Of a stretch of 64,000 nt of DNA, positions 26,701 to 40,383 are shown one piece after another. The position numbers and the translations under genes were made by a program. The number at the start of each line of letters is the position of its first letter. Within the stretch, counting starts at the first letter, position 1. This DNA is from Eledone cirrhosa (taxonomy: Eukaryota): positions 246,512,001 to 246,576,000 of the forward strand of contig OZ024742.1 of NCBI GenBank assembly GCA_964016885.1. The letters are read 5' to 3'. The notes under the pieces are model-generated. The model did no database searches. It was not told the origin of the DNA and was given only the letters and a program-made list of their open reading frames with translations.

Positions 26701-27198
26701 CAGTGCTACCGAGGAGCTCTACCGGTTCGTGACAAGATCTACAGGCACGGACGCCCTGGCAGGGATCCTTCCAAGAGGACGTGTCCAAGATGTGCGCAGG
26801 ACATTGAAACAGTTCTGCACGCAATTGTACACTGCCCGGGCGTAAGCGACCTGTGGAACTATGCAGAACAACTGCTGTCGCGTATGGGACAAATACAGTT
26901 GACTGCCGAGTCCATAGTAAGGATCAAACCGCCAGACTCTTTCAAAAACGAAAGAGAGGCGGTTTTCCTCTGTACGGTGGCTATGGTGAGAGAAGTTATA
27001 TGGTGGACGAGGTTGAGAGGACTGAGGACAGATGCCTTTCTCTCCGGACAACAATTGATTCCATTCTTTAAGTATCACTTTAGAAGGAGAATCAGGGTGG
27101 AGAGAGAGGCACTGCACCCCAGTAAATTTACTGAAAGGTGGGTGAATGAAGCGAAAATGGTCCGAGTGATTGGGCCTTCTCTGTTTATAAGCCTGTAG
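23752..27198 (+). CDS. Intact Tx1/L1-clade ORF2: APE endonuclease, RT and C-terminal zinc knuckle
   Basis: TVNVRG, VYAP, GDWN, LDRIF, SDH; GYWKLN; PGLDGL, FRPITLLN, DQSKAFD, RQGCPLS, YADD; GGLG; CPRC..ETVLHAIVHC. Confidence 0.96.
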   Translation: MAGLRVGTVNVRGLGMPWKQGQLLNDLRSHSMDVIAITESRIHNRQQLTPIFDDFEIYASLCQPGGGGGVAVMFRKNLDVGVQQVHLDPEGRLVVLDVNSIGGGAFRLVAVYAPTGQSQSRPDFFKRLDSFLGTSRSLLLVGDWNGILDARWDYVGACPSRAGCNSLKTLIDQFQLADRYRLDFPTAPQWTWVNRSGTSRSYLDRIFIRERDKDMLSCPRMHMVAYSDHKLVVCLVNRDRIHRQGPGYWKLNVSLPARKAYSERISKLVKQQLTGAIVNNRWWYSLKKAIRIESIGYSRELALEKNRIERELVAKVEEALRSGNAARVLASRTALDQFFDAKHEGCVVRSKTRALGNEGAKAVSWARVTEAKSGNKSTIRSLKDQNGRVILDPKQMCAAFQRHFARLFEQNDGEPNGAMDFSSYLDGLPRLSNTDAEFCERPITDTEIRDALGRCGKRKSPGLDGLPYEFYIGMPDLFSGVLEAVYCNWQQNGRIPSSAGKGVVTLIRKDENKGDEINNFRPITLLNTELKILAKVLATRLALVVENLVGKAQTCAIPTRSIHDYLHLMRYIIERVGSKPGFGGALINLDQSKAFDRVDHRYLEAVLKAAGFGPVFRGWIEAMHTSICSRVKVNGYLSEPFVITRSIRQGCPLSSILYVLTLEPLLRKLELLQGIPLEPGMRKAASAYADDVTVMVSSTSEIGVIGNILKEYETLTGAKLNPDKSVGLQLGTWRGKPMTSDSVVGRWTDGPVKLLGVWFGPDLQVEKNWNEVTAKVFALTQKWAECKLSLKGRAEVANTFIASVIYYRLTVVPCPREHLAKMERMLFQFLWKKQAPLVRRSVCCQHPSNGGLGMPWLMMRKHALRLRHLQVFLTDPQPVWAPFVRQAFPQLVSLTELQSWVKKRPKTMGAWHIECAQALTVLWQAGAAISGDSTSTFYRGIVRYKGDDALGETLGVEDDELTSMFGRTFRPGPMDNFQRSLAWQCYRGALPVRDKIYRHGRPGRDPSKRTCPRCAQDIETVLHAIVHCPGVSDLWNYAEQLLSRMGQIQLTAESIVRIKPPDSFKNEREAVFLCTVAMVREVIWWTRLRGLRTDAFLSGQQLIPFFKYHFRRRIRVEREALHPSKFTERWVNEAKMVRVIGPSLFISL

Positions 27199-27431
27199 GT
27201 TGAGGAAGAGAGCAAAAGGAAGAAAGGAGCACTTGCACAACACGCTCCTTGAGTTGAGGGTTGTTCTATCGACGGGGTATTAAACAACCCATTTGTGGCG
27301 CCTCCCCCCTATTGGGGATTTCGATTGTTGAAATTGTTTGTTTTTATATTTTTTACACGACTGTATGTAAAATCCCCGGCATGTCTTTGTATTGTCCCCT
27401 TTCTTGTTGCGCCCTTGTGGCTAATAAAGAA

Positions 27432-27493
<62 letters not shown>
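27199..27493 (+). other. Tx1 3'UTR, AATAAA and (TATC)n tail
   Basis: ctaataaagaaa followed directly by (tatc)n. Confidence 0.85.
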
Positions 27494-27494
<1 letters not shown>

Positions 27495-28669
27495 CTTTGG
27501 TAAGAAGATCCATCTGCTGCCAACACCCTTCTAACGGAGGGCTGGGGATGCCGTGGTTGACGATGCGCAAACACGCGCTCAGGCTGCGGCATCTCTACGT
27601 ATTCCTCACCGGACAACCGGTGTGGACCCCGTTCGTGAGGCGAGCCTTCCCACGACTCGTCTCACTGACCGAGCTGCAGTCCTGGGTCAAGCAGAGACCG
27701 AGGAAAATGGGCGACTGGCACATCGAATGTGCTCAGGCGCTCACAGCCCTCTGGCAGGCGGACCCGGCGATCAGTGGAGACTCCACTTCGTCATTCTATA
27801 GAGGGTTGGTCCGCAGCAAGTGCGACGACGCGCTCGGTGAAACTCTAGGCGTGGAGGAAGATGAACTGGCCAGTCTGTTCGGTAGGACCTTCCGCCCGGG
27901 ACCGATGGACAACTTCCAAAAGTCCCTGGCCTGGCAGTGCTACCGAGGAGCTCTACCAGTTCGAGACAAGCTCTACAGACATGGGCGCCCGGGCAGGGAC
28001 CCTGCAAAAAAGATCTGTCCGAGGTGCGTGCGAGACGAAGAAACCGTCGCGCACGCATTCATACACTGCCCGGGCGTCACTGACCTGTGGGGATATGTAG
28101 AACGACTATTGTCGCGGGTGGGACCAATCCAGTTGACCACCGAGTCCATTGTCATGATCAAACCGCCACCCTCCTTCAAAAACGAAGGAGAGGCGGTTTT
28201 CCTTTGTGTGATAGCTATGGCGAAAGAGGTATGGTGGACAAGGTAGAAAGGGCTGAGGTCAGACACCTTTCTCTCCGGCCAACAACTGATTCTTTTTTTC
28301 AAATACCACTTTGGAAGAAGAATCAGGATGGAGAGAGAGGTGCTGTACCCCAGCAAGTTTTATGAAAGGTGGGTGAAAGTGGCGAGAATGGCCCGAGTGA
28401 ATGGGCCTTCTCTCTATATCAGCCTGTAGATTGAGGAAAAGGAGGAGGAGAGGAATGGAGTACAAGCTCTTCGTACTCCTGGAGATGAGGGTTGCACATT
28501 TTTTTTCGGGGGTATGTGTTACCCATATAAACTGTCTCCCTCTATTGGGGAAAATCGACTAACTTTTAAATTCCATCTGTGATAACATTTTACACGTTTT
28601 TATTGTATGTAAACTTCCCCCTTTGTATTTGTCCCCTTCTTTTGTGCCCCTGTGGCTAATAAAGAAATA

Positions 28670-28710
<41 letters not shown>
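27494..28710 (+). mobile_element. 5'-truncated Tx1 copy (subfamily B) with in-frame stop at 28244
   Basis: Paralogous to the ORF2 C-terminus with many substitutions; a different 3'UTR; (TATC)n on both sides. Confidence 0.93.
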
Positions 28711-28720
<10 letters not shown>

Positions 28721-29585
28721 TTATCTATACAATGTGAGAGCCCCTCTGTATTTTCATACACAACCAGTCACCAAACCAGGACGAAAACCTGTGTATCAAG
28801 ACATTCGGATCATTTGAAGTGAACAACTTTAATCCTTTACCTAACCTGCAAGAATGTTTATAGTAAAAAGTACTCCAAATAGTGTAGCAAATGTAACAGC
28901 ATACAAGATTTGATTATGTTTACAGTATTAACTAGGGAACCAGTGTCGTCAATAATGATGGCAATAGTGTTGACTGTATTTATTTTTTAGAGTCCAAGAT
29001 TGGCATGCCATGCATGCCAGGGTTATCGGACATATGAACAATCATACAAGCTCGGATTTTTGCGTTTTGATAAATTAATTGTTTGCATAAGAGAAGTCCT
29101 ATAGTTTATGTTGATTACTGACACATGGGAGTGATTAAAGATACAAATGATATTTTAATTATTTATTTCTGGGATATATGATGTGTATCAAAAAAGAAAC
29201 AGGGTGTGGTCGCCAAAAAATATTTCAAATCCCTCTTTGAACCTTCTGTGTCACTCGAAAACTTGTTAGCGCGACATCGTCTCATCTCCGTACACTTGCT
29301 GCAGTATTCTGAGTGTTTCTGGCGGAGTTTTCTCCAACAGGACCAGAAACTTCAGGTTGGTTCATTGTTCTGTGCCCATTGCTCGACGGCCTTAAATTGG
29401 GGAGCTGTTAAGAAAAACACACGAAGAAGCATGCAATAGCTACAGGGAGCTCAGATCGCAGTTATATGCCCCTCGGGCATTCCGTCATACGGTGACGCAA
29501 CCCGCTAATTCCTAACCCATTCATAGCTGACACAGCACACTAAGTCCTGTTACTTTTCTGACACACCACCAATTGCATAAACGTT

Positions 29586-29652
<67 letters not shown>

Positions 29653-30034
29653 GACACAGGATAAAATGTATGAGTAACTTCTGAGGAATAATTAATTACA
29701 CGTAGAAGTACGTTGTGATTTGAAAGCGAACTTATCGTAGGGATAAGATACAGACGGAGAAATATATAATAATATAGATTATAACAATACTGCAGATAGA
29801 TTAGTTAATGTAACGCCATACTGGAATTGATGTTGTTTATAGTAATAATACTACAGATAGATTAGTTTACGTAATGCCATACTGGAATTGGTGATATTTT
29901 CTTCCATCATTGATAACTATCGCTTTGTATAGATTTGGAGAGACAGTTGTGTAGGTGGGAGCGTGTGTATGTGTGCATGTGTATGTATATACGTATGCAT
30001 ATATATATTTTAATTGTACATACAGTTATGAGCA

Positions 30035-30155
30035 TATATACATAGTTCGTTATACATACACACACACACATATATACATAGTTCGTTATATATATACACA
30101 CACACATATATACATAGTTCGTTATACATACACACACATATATATACATAGTTCG

Positions 30156-30190
<35 letters not shown>

Positions 30191-30241
30191 TATATACATA
30201 GTTCGTTATACATACACACACACACATATATACATAGTTCG

Positions 30242-30274
<33 letters not shown>

Positions 30275-30326
30275 TATATACATAGTTCGTTATACATACA
30301 CACGCACACATATATACATAGTTCGT

Positions 30327-30358
<32 letters not shown>

Positions 30359-30450
30359 TAGTTCGTTATATATATACACGCACACATATGTACATAGTTC
30401 GTTATATAGATACACACACACACATACATATATATACATAGTTCGTTATA
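30035..30450. repeat. Minisatellite: 11 copies of catagttcgttata separated by variable TA/CA tracts
   Basis: Core at 30041, 30077, 30113, 30147, 30197, 30233, 30281, 30317, 30357, 30393, 30437. Confidence 0.9.
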
Positions 30451-31276
30451 CACACACACACATATATATTCACGCGGGCGTGTGTGCAGATATTATTTTA
30501 GTGTTCGTTTAGCAGAAGACACTTGTTGTATATAGAATATTCTTCTGTGCTTTTTTCTTCCGGGTAGAAAAATATTTTCTTGGGACATTATAGAAGAGTT
30601 CCTACACTGGGTAAACAGAGAGCAGAGCTCAACATAAATACAACAATTGCAACAACAACAACAACATCTACATCACTGTCCCCTTCTCCTTCCACCAACA
30701 ACTGCTACACGACCTCTTCCGGTCTCCATTAACAAGAACAAATAACAACAATAACAATAACAACAGCAGTTGTTGAGACGCCATTCACACCCACCAGCAC
30801 CACCAGCATCAGCATCAGCAGCACCACACCACCAGCACCACCAGCACCAGCACCACCAGCACCACCAGCACCAGCACCACCAGCAGCAGCAGCACCACCA
30901 CCACCACCACCACAACCACCACAACCATCACCCCCATCATCATCATTACCAGCAATAGCAGCGGCGACAGTATCATCATCATCATCATCACAACCACCAT
31001 CAACAACAACGACAATCGTTTAAGAAAAAGAAAGAAAAAAGAAAAACGAGAAATGAAAACAGTATAGCTGCTTCTTCGGTTTCGTTTTGGTAACGTGTCA
31101 TTTAATGTTTAGACAACTCCATATTTCAAGCAGACTGCTATTTTCATACTACAAGAAACTCAACACGAACCATTTTCATAATTCTATAGTTAAATTTTCT
31201 TCTGTAATACAACAAACAGTTATTTCTCTTTCCTCTTTCATCCTCACATTTCCTCATATTTTAAAACACACAAATG

Positions 31277-31313
<37 letters not shown>

Positions 31314-31349
31314 GGTATAGAAATTGTTTTAGCGATAAGCTAACAGTAT

Positions 31350-31488
<139 letters not shown>

Positions 31489-31803
31489 TGCTCTGAGGAT
31501 ACAGTGGTCACAGCATTGGATATTTGAGTTCTGCAAATAGTTGTAAATTTGCACATAGCATAACTAGGCTGTAGTACCACCGTGGAAACATTTGTAAGCA
31601 CACGGAATAAATTACCTTTTTATGATGTCTACCTGTTATTATTCATTCTTTATATACACTCCGGAATACAGAAGGATCAGGAACTAAGTTTCTTCAACAA
31701 TTCTTCCATAACTCGTAGAGTAACCTCTCACCGTACGTCAACCATATCCAGTGTGGTAATTAACCATTACTACATCTAGGATAATCCTATACCTAATATA
31801 TAC

Positions 31804-32257
<454 letters not shown>

Positions 32258-32321
32258 TCTTAGTGAGTATATATATACTCTAAGAGTGAGAAATGAAATT
32301 TCGTTTCATTCTATTCCATTT

Positions 32322-32372
<51 letters not shown>

Positions 32373-32549
32373 GTTATATCATAAATCATGTCCTTAGAAT
32401 TATTAGATAAAATATATACCATTTCCTCTCCCGATTAGCATAATTAACCATATTTGAGTTTGTCTCTTCATTGAGCCAAAACGTGACCGGTTGCCACATA
32501 TATATCTATGACTTTATGTATATGTAAATCTTTATATTTATATATATGT

Positions 32550-32596
<47 letters not shown>

Positions 32597-32871
32597 GGAA
32601 AAAATGAAACGAAATTTCATTTCTCACTCTTAGTACGGCTGTTACTTAAATATAAGTATGTATACGTACATACATATATGTATACAGACGTACAGTAGTA
32701 TGTATATATATATATACATACATGCACACACACATATATTTATATATATGTACGTATGGATTCACCGAACATTTATTATAATGCTCGGTCTGTTTGTAAA
32801 CAAACATCCGGAATTAAGCCGTACAGTGTCTAGCAACCATCGTTGCTCATTTGTTCAACCCTGACAAAGGA

Positions 32872-32914
32872 ACGCTGTACTAGTTTCAAGCTTATTAGCT
32901 ATCGTCAGCAACGT
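32872..32914 (-). ncRNA. Hammerhead ribozyme
   Basis: acgttg-CTGACGA-agct/agct-GAAAC-ta-GTA-cagcgt, inside a copy (32597-32928) of the 2632-2966 repeat. Confidence 0.75.
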
Positions 32915-33067
32915 ATACCTTCCTGCCAGATGATTGAACGTCTGAAAGTATATACTATCCTTATGCATATTAACGGCTGAGCAGCCCAATTTCGTTTCAT
33001 TTTTTCCGCTTATCGTTTTCGGTACCCCGGCCAAATAACTCACTCGATATGCAAATTAGGCTGCTCA

Positions 33068-33156
33068 GGTCTAATTGATTTTTTATATGGTTAATTATGC
33101 TAATTCGCAGAGGAAATGGTATATATTATATCTAGTGATTCTAAAGACATATTTTA

Positions 33157-33227
<71 letters not shown>

Positions 33228-33330
33228 TGTAAATATATATATATTTATGTATATAACTATATATCTATAGTTTTATATATATGTTTTATATATATTATAT
33301 ATATATGTTATATATATATATATATATATG

Positions 33331-33427
<97 letters not shown>

Positions 33428-33772
33428 AAACTATAGATAAAACATATATATAAATCATATATAAAACATATATACAACATATATATATAATATATATATA
33501 TACATATATATAACATATATATAACATATATACATATATATATATATAACATATATATATATATACACGTATATATAACATATATATGTATATAATATAT
33601 ATAAAACATATATATAAAACTATAGATATATAGTTATATACATAAATATATATATATTTACACACATATATATATATATATCATAAAATATGTCTTTAGA
33701 ATCACTAGATATAATATATACCATTTCCTCTCCCAATTAGCATAATTAACCATATAAAAAATCAATTAGACC
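33068..33772. repeat. ~700-bp palindrome centred on (TA)n, followed by a ~495-bp-period direct repeat (33679-33912 / 34173-34406)
   Basis: Reverse-complement arms and the direct duplicate are visible directly. Confidence 0.85.
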
Positions 33773-34474
33773 AAGCTATAAGAATAAAGGCTCCTATGAA
33801 GAAATCTCCGACAAATAACCGAAAGCAGCCCCTTCGCTGTGGCTACGATAGAGTGTTTATCTAACATTTCCACAGTATGTAAACATCGACCAGATATACA
33901 GTCAACTAAACATTCAAAAATACATTCAAAAATAGCTAAGAATCGTGACGTGGCAGCGGTCAAGTTAGAAAGGATGTGATTAGTTGCTTACGGCGGGTAG
34001 GCATATTGCTAGAAAGCGCAGCCTAATATTGCCAAATTGTATCTCAACCTAAAGGGAGATTATTACATATAAAGGTTTACATATATATATAAATTCATAG
34101 ATATATATGTGTTTTGCAACAGGTCACGTTGTGGCTCAATGAAAAATTAATAAATTAAATAATCAGAGCTATATATCATAAAATATGTCTTTAGAATCAC
34201 TAGATATAATATATGCCATTTCCTCTCCCAATTAGCATAATTAACCATATAAAAATCAATTAGACCAAGCCATAAGAATAAAGGCTCCTATGAAGATTTC
34301 TCCGACAAATAACTGAAAGCAACCCCTTCGCGGTGGCTACGATGGAGTGTTTATCTAACATTTCCACAGTATGTAAAGATCGACCAGATATACCGTCAAC
34401 TAAACACAATTAGGTGTAAAATTGAAGTTAGAAGAATTGCGTACATACCTAATTACCTCTACCATTGTTTCATC

Positions 34475-34552
<78 letters not shown>

Positions 34553-35234
34553 ATATTCATGTACTTAAGCTTGATTACACCATCGTTTATTGCTTGAATC
34601 AACCAATACGGATTATTGAAACATATTTATATATATATATATATATACATATATCATTAAGGTATTGGATGTTCAATCGTAATGTCGTGGATTCGATTAT
34701 CTGACCGGGTGGAGCACTCTGTTTTTGAGACCCCCCCCCACACACACATATATAGTGGTAAGAAACTCTCAGGAGAACTAGACACAGAATGTCATCAGAA
34801 AAGAAACTCTACTCAAGCGAGTGTTTCGGCCCTTAATTTCTTACACTCTAAGGTGGCCGGGCTGCAGTCAGCTCATGACTCTTGGGTATCTTTCTGCTAA
34901 CATTTAGCCATGCACCTATCAAAGACTTGCTGTGTATTTAAACCGTATGAAGATTTTGTAGATAGGTTCTAGTTGGAGCTCCTCTCTGTTGCCCCTGCTT
35001 TCAAACTTATATTTAAACACTTTCTTGAATTGAAAAAAATGACGATGGTAGTCATAGTAACGGTGAGACATCAACCGTATAACCAGTGCCACCACCAACA
35101 CTACAAACTACGACTGACTCAGAGTTACTTCCCTTAGCGTGCGTTACAATGTAAACACGTGACTTCTCTCACGGGGTATGGGGGTCGTCTTTTCCTCTTT
35201 GACCAGATCCAGCTGGAACTTCATTTGACGTTTA

Positions 35235-35313
<79 letters not shown>

Positions 35314-35399
35314 TATACATACTGTAGTACAAATTTGGTATAAATATCCAAGGGTTTAGAGGAGGAGTTAAATATAATTAGTTAAAACAGTGACAAATA

Positions 35400-35924
35400 C
35401 AGGTACTTAAATTTTTTCGTTGGGTTGTTTACCCCAACTCATTCAACATAGTTTTCTGGGTGTATAATTTGTATTTCACAAACTATGTGTGGGACCTCAA
35501 ATACGTCAATGGGAAGACATTTTGCCAGTTGTGTAACTCGGAGAAGTGGAATATACTCTCACAATTGGTTTCAGGGAAAACTGCTTAAATAAGCGCTCCA
35601 AGTGCTTAAATCGCTGACCACATGAAGCAAAATGTGTTCTAGAAAAATAGACTAGACTAGATTATTTGAATTTATTTTCTTCCACTTCTCAATTTAACCC
35701 TTGGGTTCCCCGTGAAAGAAAAGTTACCTACCCTGTTTTTTTATAGTTACTCCCCTTTTCACTTACGTTATTTGAGATACTTACCTATTTATAGATAAAT
35801 TCGGGATTACCTACGCTTAGAACTCTCCTATACTTTCTAAAATATCCACGATGGGAAGCCATTTTTCTTTATATGATAGGCGGAATGAGTTTGGGTATAC
35901 AACCCAACGAAACCTAAGTAGCTG
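35400..35924. mobile_element. MITE (~525 bp, ~45-bp imperfect TIRs, CAG..CTG ends)
   Basis: caggtactta..tttcgttgggttg..aactcattc versus gaatgagtt..caacccaacgaaa..taagtagctg. Confidence 0.65.
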
Positions 35925-36208
35925 TCTCCGTACCGTAAAAAAATGAGGGCTAATTGTAATATCTATACATAATATAAAAAAAGAGATGTTTGTTGGTTGG
36001 TTCCTTCGCGCTCACTCATACAAATGATACGATCATACAAACACACAGCTGTAACGAATCTTAGAATGCTGGACTTATATAATTTCTCACCCCCATTTTC
36101 CTAGTCATCACATAGATGTGTGTATATTAGATACCCCTTCCTTTCTCAGTCATCTCTAGTGTGTGACGGAAAATACATACACAAGGCTATTATATTAGTA
36201 TATATAAT

Positions 36209-36400
36209 AGGCGGTGAATTGGCAGTATCGGTAGAGGGTCGGACACCATGCTTTGACGCATAGAGTTACGGCCCTTGCCATTCTGAGTTCAAATCCCGTC
36301 GAGGTTAACTTTGCCTTTCATCCTTACAGGGTCGATAAAATAAAGTACCAGTAATGTACTGGGTAATTGCTGGACTTGTGCCAATAGTAGAAACAATTAT
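36209..36400 (+). mobile_element. OK-type SINE, full length
   Basis: ggcggtgaattggcagtatcgg..gagttcaaatccc (B box)..ctttgcctttcatcc..gtcgataaaataaagtaccag..gaaacaattat. Confidence 0.88.
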
Positions 36401-36738
36401 ATTAGTATATATATATAAAGATTTTTTAAAATCTGACAATTAATATTTGTATTGCATAATTGTTACACCATTGAAAAACTACTGTTATAGACACCATGTA
36501 TATTTCCGGGGGTACTTAGTACCTTCTGGAATATTTATATCATTTATATGTATTCTCCTTCTATGTAGAGAAAAAAATGCTGCTATTTTTAGTAACATGA
36601 TATCAATAAGTCTATAATTCCCGCTTTTTCTTACGACCTATTTATGTGTGGGTCACTTTAACGGCCTGACCTCATGTATCGGGCAGAAAACGATATATTT
36701 ACTAACTACAAGGCTTTATGCTCTGTGGTCTGGAAATA

Positions 36739-36818
36739 GCTGTCTGAAGAGCTGATTCTTTCCATTGGAAATTCTCTGAATTTCCAATCTTTTGATAAGC
36801 GAAACCGTCGGTCACAGC
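36739..36818 (+). ncRNA. Hammerhead ribozyme with long stem II
   Basis: gctgt-CTGAAGA-gct..(ttggaaattc/gaatttccaa)..agc-GAAACcgtcg-GTC-acagc. Confidence 0.8.
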
Positions 36819-36917
36819 ACTAGAACAGGTGAATATTTAAGTCGTATTTTAATTTATTTAAAAGATTGTTTAATGTTTGCTTGTTCCGCTCATTTTATAT
36901 ATATATATATATATATA

Positions 36918-37613
36918 TACGATATTAATAAATGGAAACTATATTTATAAAACCATATTTATTTCATTATACATATTTCAGGGATACCAAATTAAATTAT
37001 GGTATGCCTTCATCAGACAAAATACAATATATAACAGTTTTACAAATAAGCTTTGACGTACCCTTTTAAAATGCAACCATTATTTTTGGAAGCCATCTGG
37101 ATAGTGAATTGTTTATATTATTTTAATAAGTCTTAGTGTTAAGGACAATTAGAAAAAGACGGAGAGAAAGAAAAAAGACGGAGAGAGAAAAAAGAAAAAG
37201 AAAAAAAAACGTGGAGAAATATCGGAGAGAGAGAAATGCATGGAGAGAAAAGAGAGAGATAAATAAAGACAGGAGGAAAGAAAGAAAAAGAAAAGAAAAA
37301 AGGAAGAAATAAGAAAAACAGAGGAAAGCAACAGAGAGATATCAAGTCATCAGACAGATAGAAAAACTCAAGAGAGAGAATTAATATATAGAGAGAGGGG
37401 GAGATAATGAAAACTTTACGTCATGTCATATTAAGTTGAGTTAACAATTTATATGAAATGAATAATAAAAATATAAATATTAATATTCATGAATGGGACA
37501 TAAATATATAATATAAGAAATTAAACATTGTTTAATAATGATTATATGTTTAGTTTAAAACTTGAGATCAATATACTAAAATTTGAGAAACCACTATCTT
37601 ACGGCAAAGATAG

Positions 37614-37657
<44 letters not shown>

Positions 37658-38399
37658 GTCCTGACAATAGAAATTATATTTACTCAGGTCTACAATATAG
37701 ACATACAAAACGCAAATGATTTCTCTTAATCACTGCTATACATTCCTTGTGTTATAAAAAGTTCACAGTATATATACATAAATATATACGATTAACATTC
37801 ATGCCTTCATATATACGATTACCATTCATGCATTTAACATTTTGTTAAAATTATGCATATCTGCAATCAAAACTGCGTGGGTAGGCATGCACACACATAA
37901 CTCTCACCCACACACATACATATACATATATATATATACACATACATATGTATAAATAAATATTTGCGTGCGTCTTCACCAATTGTTAGACCCACATCGC
38001 TCATGTACACATACAGACAGATATACAATCATGAAAAAAACCTATAACACTTTTATATGCATGTTAATACACACATACACATCTCTCTCCGATATTTCTC
38101 CACGTTTTTTTTTTTTTCTTTTTTCTCTCTCTCCGTCTTTTTTCTTTCTCTCCGTCTTTTTCTAATTGTCCTTAACACTAAGACTTATTAAAATAATATA
38201 AACAATTCACTATCCAGATGGCTTCCAAAAATAATGGTTGCATTTTAAAAGGGTACGTCAAAGCTTATTTGTAAAACTGTTATATATTGTATTTTGTCTG
38301 ATGAAGGCATACCATAATTTAATTTGGTATCCCTGAAATATGTATAATGAAATAAATATGGTTTTATAAATATAGTTTCCATTTATTAATATCGTATAT
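36918..38399. repeat. Inverted repeat, ~315-bp arms (36918-37232 / 38082-38399), each with an HHR (36961-37023 minus; 38291-38353 plus)
   Basis: attttgt-CTGATGA-agg.atacca..tggtatccct-GAAA-tatgt-ATA-atgaaat in both arms. Confidence 0.8.
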
Positions 38400-38482
38400 C
38401 TACTCCAAATACTTGTCGAGTGCTTTATATCAGTTATAAAAATATTTACTTGTTGTATCCCAACAATTTTAAATAGAACTTT

Positions 38483-38522
<40 letters not shown>

Positions 38523-38605
38523 AAAGTTCTATTTAAAATTATATGTTTTTTCACAAAAAAGTATTCTGTCTCTTATATATTCCATGTGCCATTACCAACC
38601 TCAAT

Positions 38606-38642
<37 letters not shown>

Positions 38643-38774
38643 GTAGGAGGTGAATTTTATTGTAGTACAATAAAGCAATGCAGATATCACACATCAATCT
38701 AAAACTACTTTTCATATGTTGATTTAAAACTGCACTATTCACAAGTGTGTTTTAACCTTCATATCATGTCTCCC

Positions 38775-38845
38775 TATTTTATCTGACGAAAACGCAAATG
38801 TTATTGCATGATGATATTTGTTTTTGAAATGCGCATAATAAAATA
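38775..38845 (+). ncRNA. Hammerhead ribozyme
   Basis: tattttat-CTGACGA-long hairpin-GAAA-tgcgc-ATA-ataaaata; 8-bp stem I and palindromic stem III. Confidence 0.78.
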
Positions 38846-38873
38846 CATGGAACTCTTTTAACCATCTTTTGAT

Positions 38874-38955
<82 letters not shown>

Positions 38956-39027
38956 AATGTAACAATCATAGAAATATTTATTCTCACAGATTAAAAATAA
39001 TCTTTAATACACCACTCTGCTTTTCCA

Positions 39028-39090
<63 letters not shown>

Positions 39091-39092
<2 letters not shown>

Positions 39093-39525
39093 GGACAACA
39101 ACTCATTCCCTCCTTTAGATACCACTTTAGAAGGAGAATCAGAGTGGAGAGAGAGGTACTGCACTCCAGTAAATTTACTGAAAGATGGGTGAATGTGGCG
39201 AGAATGGCCCAAGAGATTGGGCTTTCTTTATATATTAACCTGTAGGTTGAAGAAGGGGGCGAAAAAAGAAAGGAGAACTTGTACAACAAGCTCCTGGAGT
39301 TGAGGGTTGTTCTATCTACGGGGTATAAAACAACCTATTTGTAACTCCTTCCCCCTATTGGGGATTGTTATATTTTTATGTTAACATTTTTTACACGACT
39401 TTTAAATGTTAACATTTTTTACACGATTTTAAAATCCCTGCCATATGTCTTTGTATTGTCCCCTTTTCTATCTATATATCTATCTATCTATATATCTATC
39501 TATCTATATATATATATCTATCTAA
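39091..39525 (+). mobile_element. Tx1 3' fragment ending in (TATC)n
   Basis: Homologous to 27045-27410 (ORF end plus 3'UTR). Confidence 0.85.
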
Positions 39526-39562
<37 letters not shown>

Positions 39563-39942
39563 CATATGTATATATATATATATATATATATACGTATGTA
39601 TATATATAAACGCGCATTCACACAAACACACACACGCAAACATATACACACACATGCACACCCATTCACACACACACACACACACTTAGATATATATATA
39701 CGTAGTACGCAGACTAGAGTAGTTGGTTATTAACCTGAGACATATCATGTGGAGAGGTTTTAGTTCAGTCGAGGATATGACAACCTCTCTAGTGTTGGTG
39801 CCATGATATAAGACTTCTCCACATCACTACAACAACACGCCCACATCACTCTATCAAATCTACACTACACCATATCACCATCACCAATCCGCAACCACCA
39901 CCACCACCACCACTACTGCTTCTGCTGTTGTTGCTGCTGCTG

Positions 39943-39992
<50 letters not shown>

Positions 39993-39996
39993 GCTG

Positions 39997-40048
<52 letters not shown>

Positions 40049-40297
40049 ACACATACATATATGTATATATATATATGTATATATATATAATCAGATAGAT
40101 AGAGAGGGAGAGAGAGAGAGAGAAAGAGAGAGAGAGAAAGAGAGGGAAAGAGGGAGAGTGTGTGTGTGCGAGTGCTTATGAGAGAGTGAGAGAGTGAGAG
40201 AGTGAGAGTGAGAGAGAGTGAGAGAGAGAGTGAGTGAGAGAGTGAGTGAGAGTGAGAAAGAGAGAGAGAGAGAAAGAAAGAAAGAAAGAAAGAGAGA

Positions 40298-40383
<86 letters not shown>

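Noticed and set aside
24210-27243. Overlapping and antisense ORFs inside Tx1 ORF2
   Set aside because: Expected shadows of a GC-richer coding sequence
29206-29520. Complex, GC-richer segment that might be an exon
   Set aside because: Short frames with stops and no convincing splice pair or homology recognisable by eye
30035-30450. CRISPR-like repeat-spacer appearance
   Set aside because: Eukaryotic context, spacers are only TA/CA tracts, and there are no cas genes
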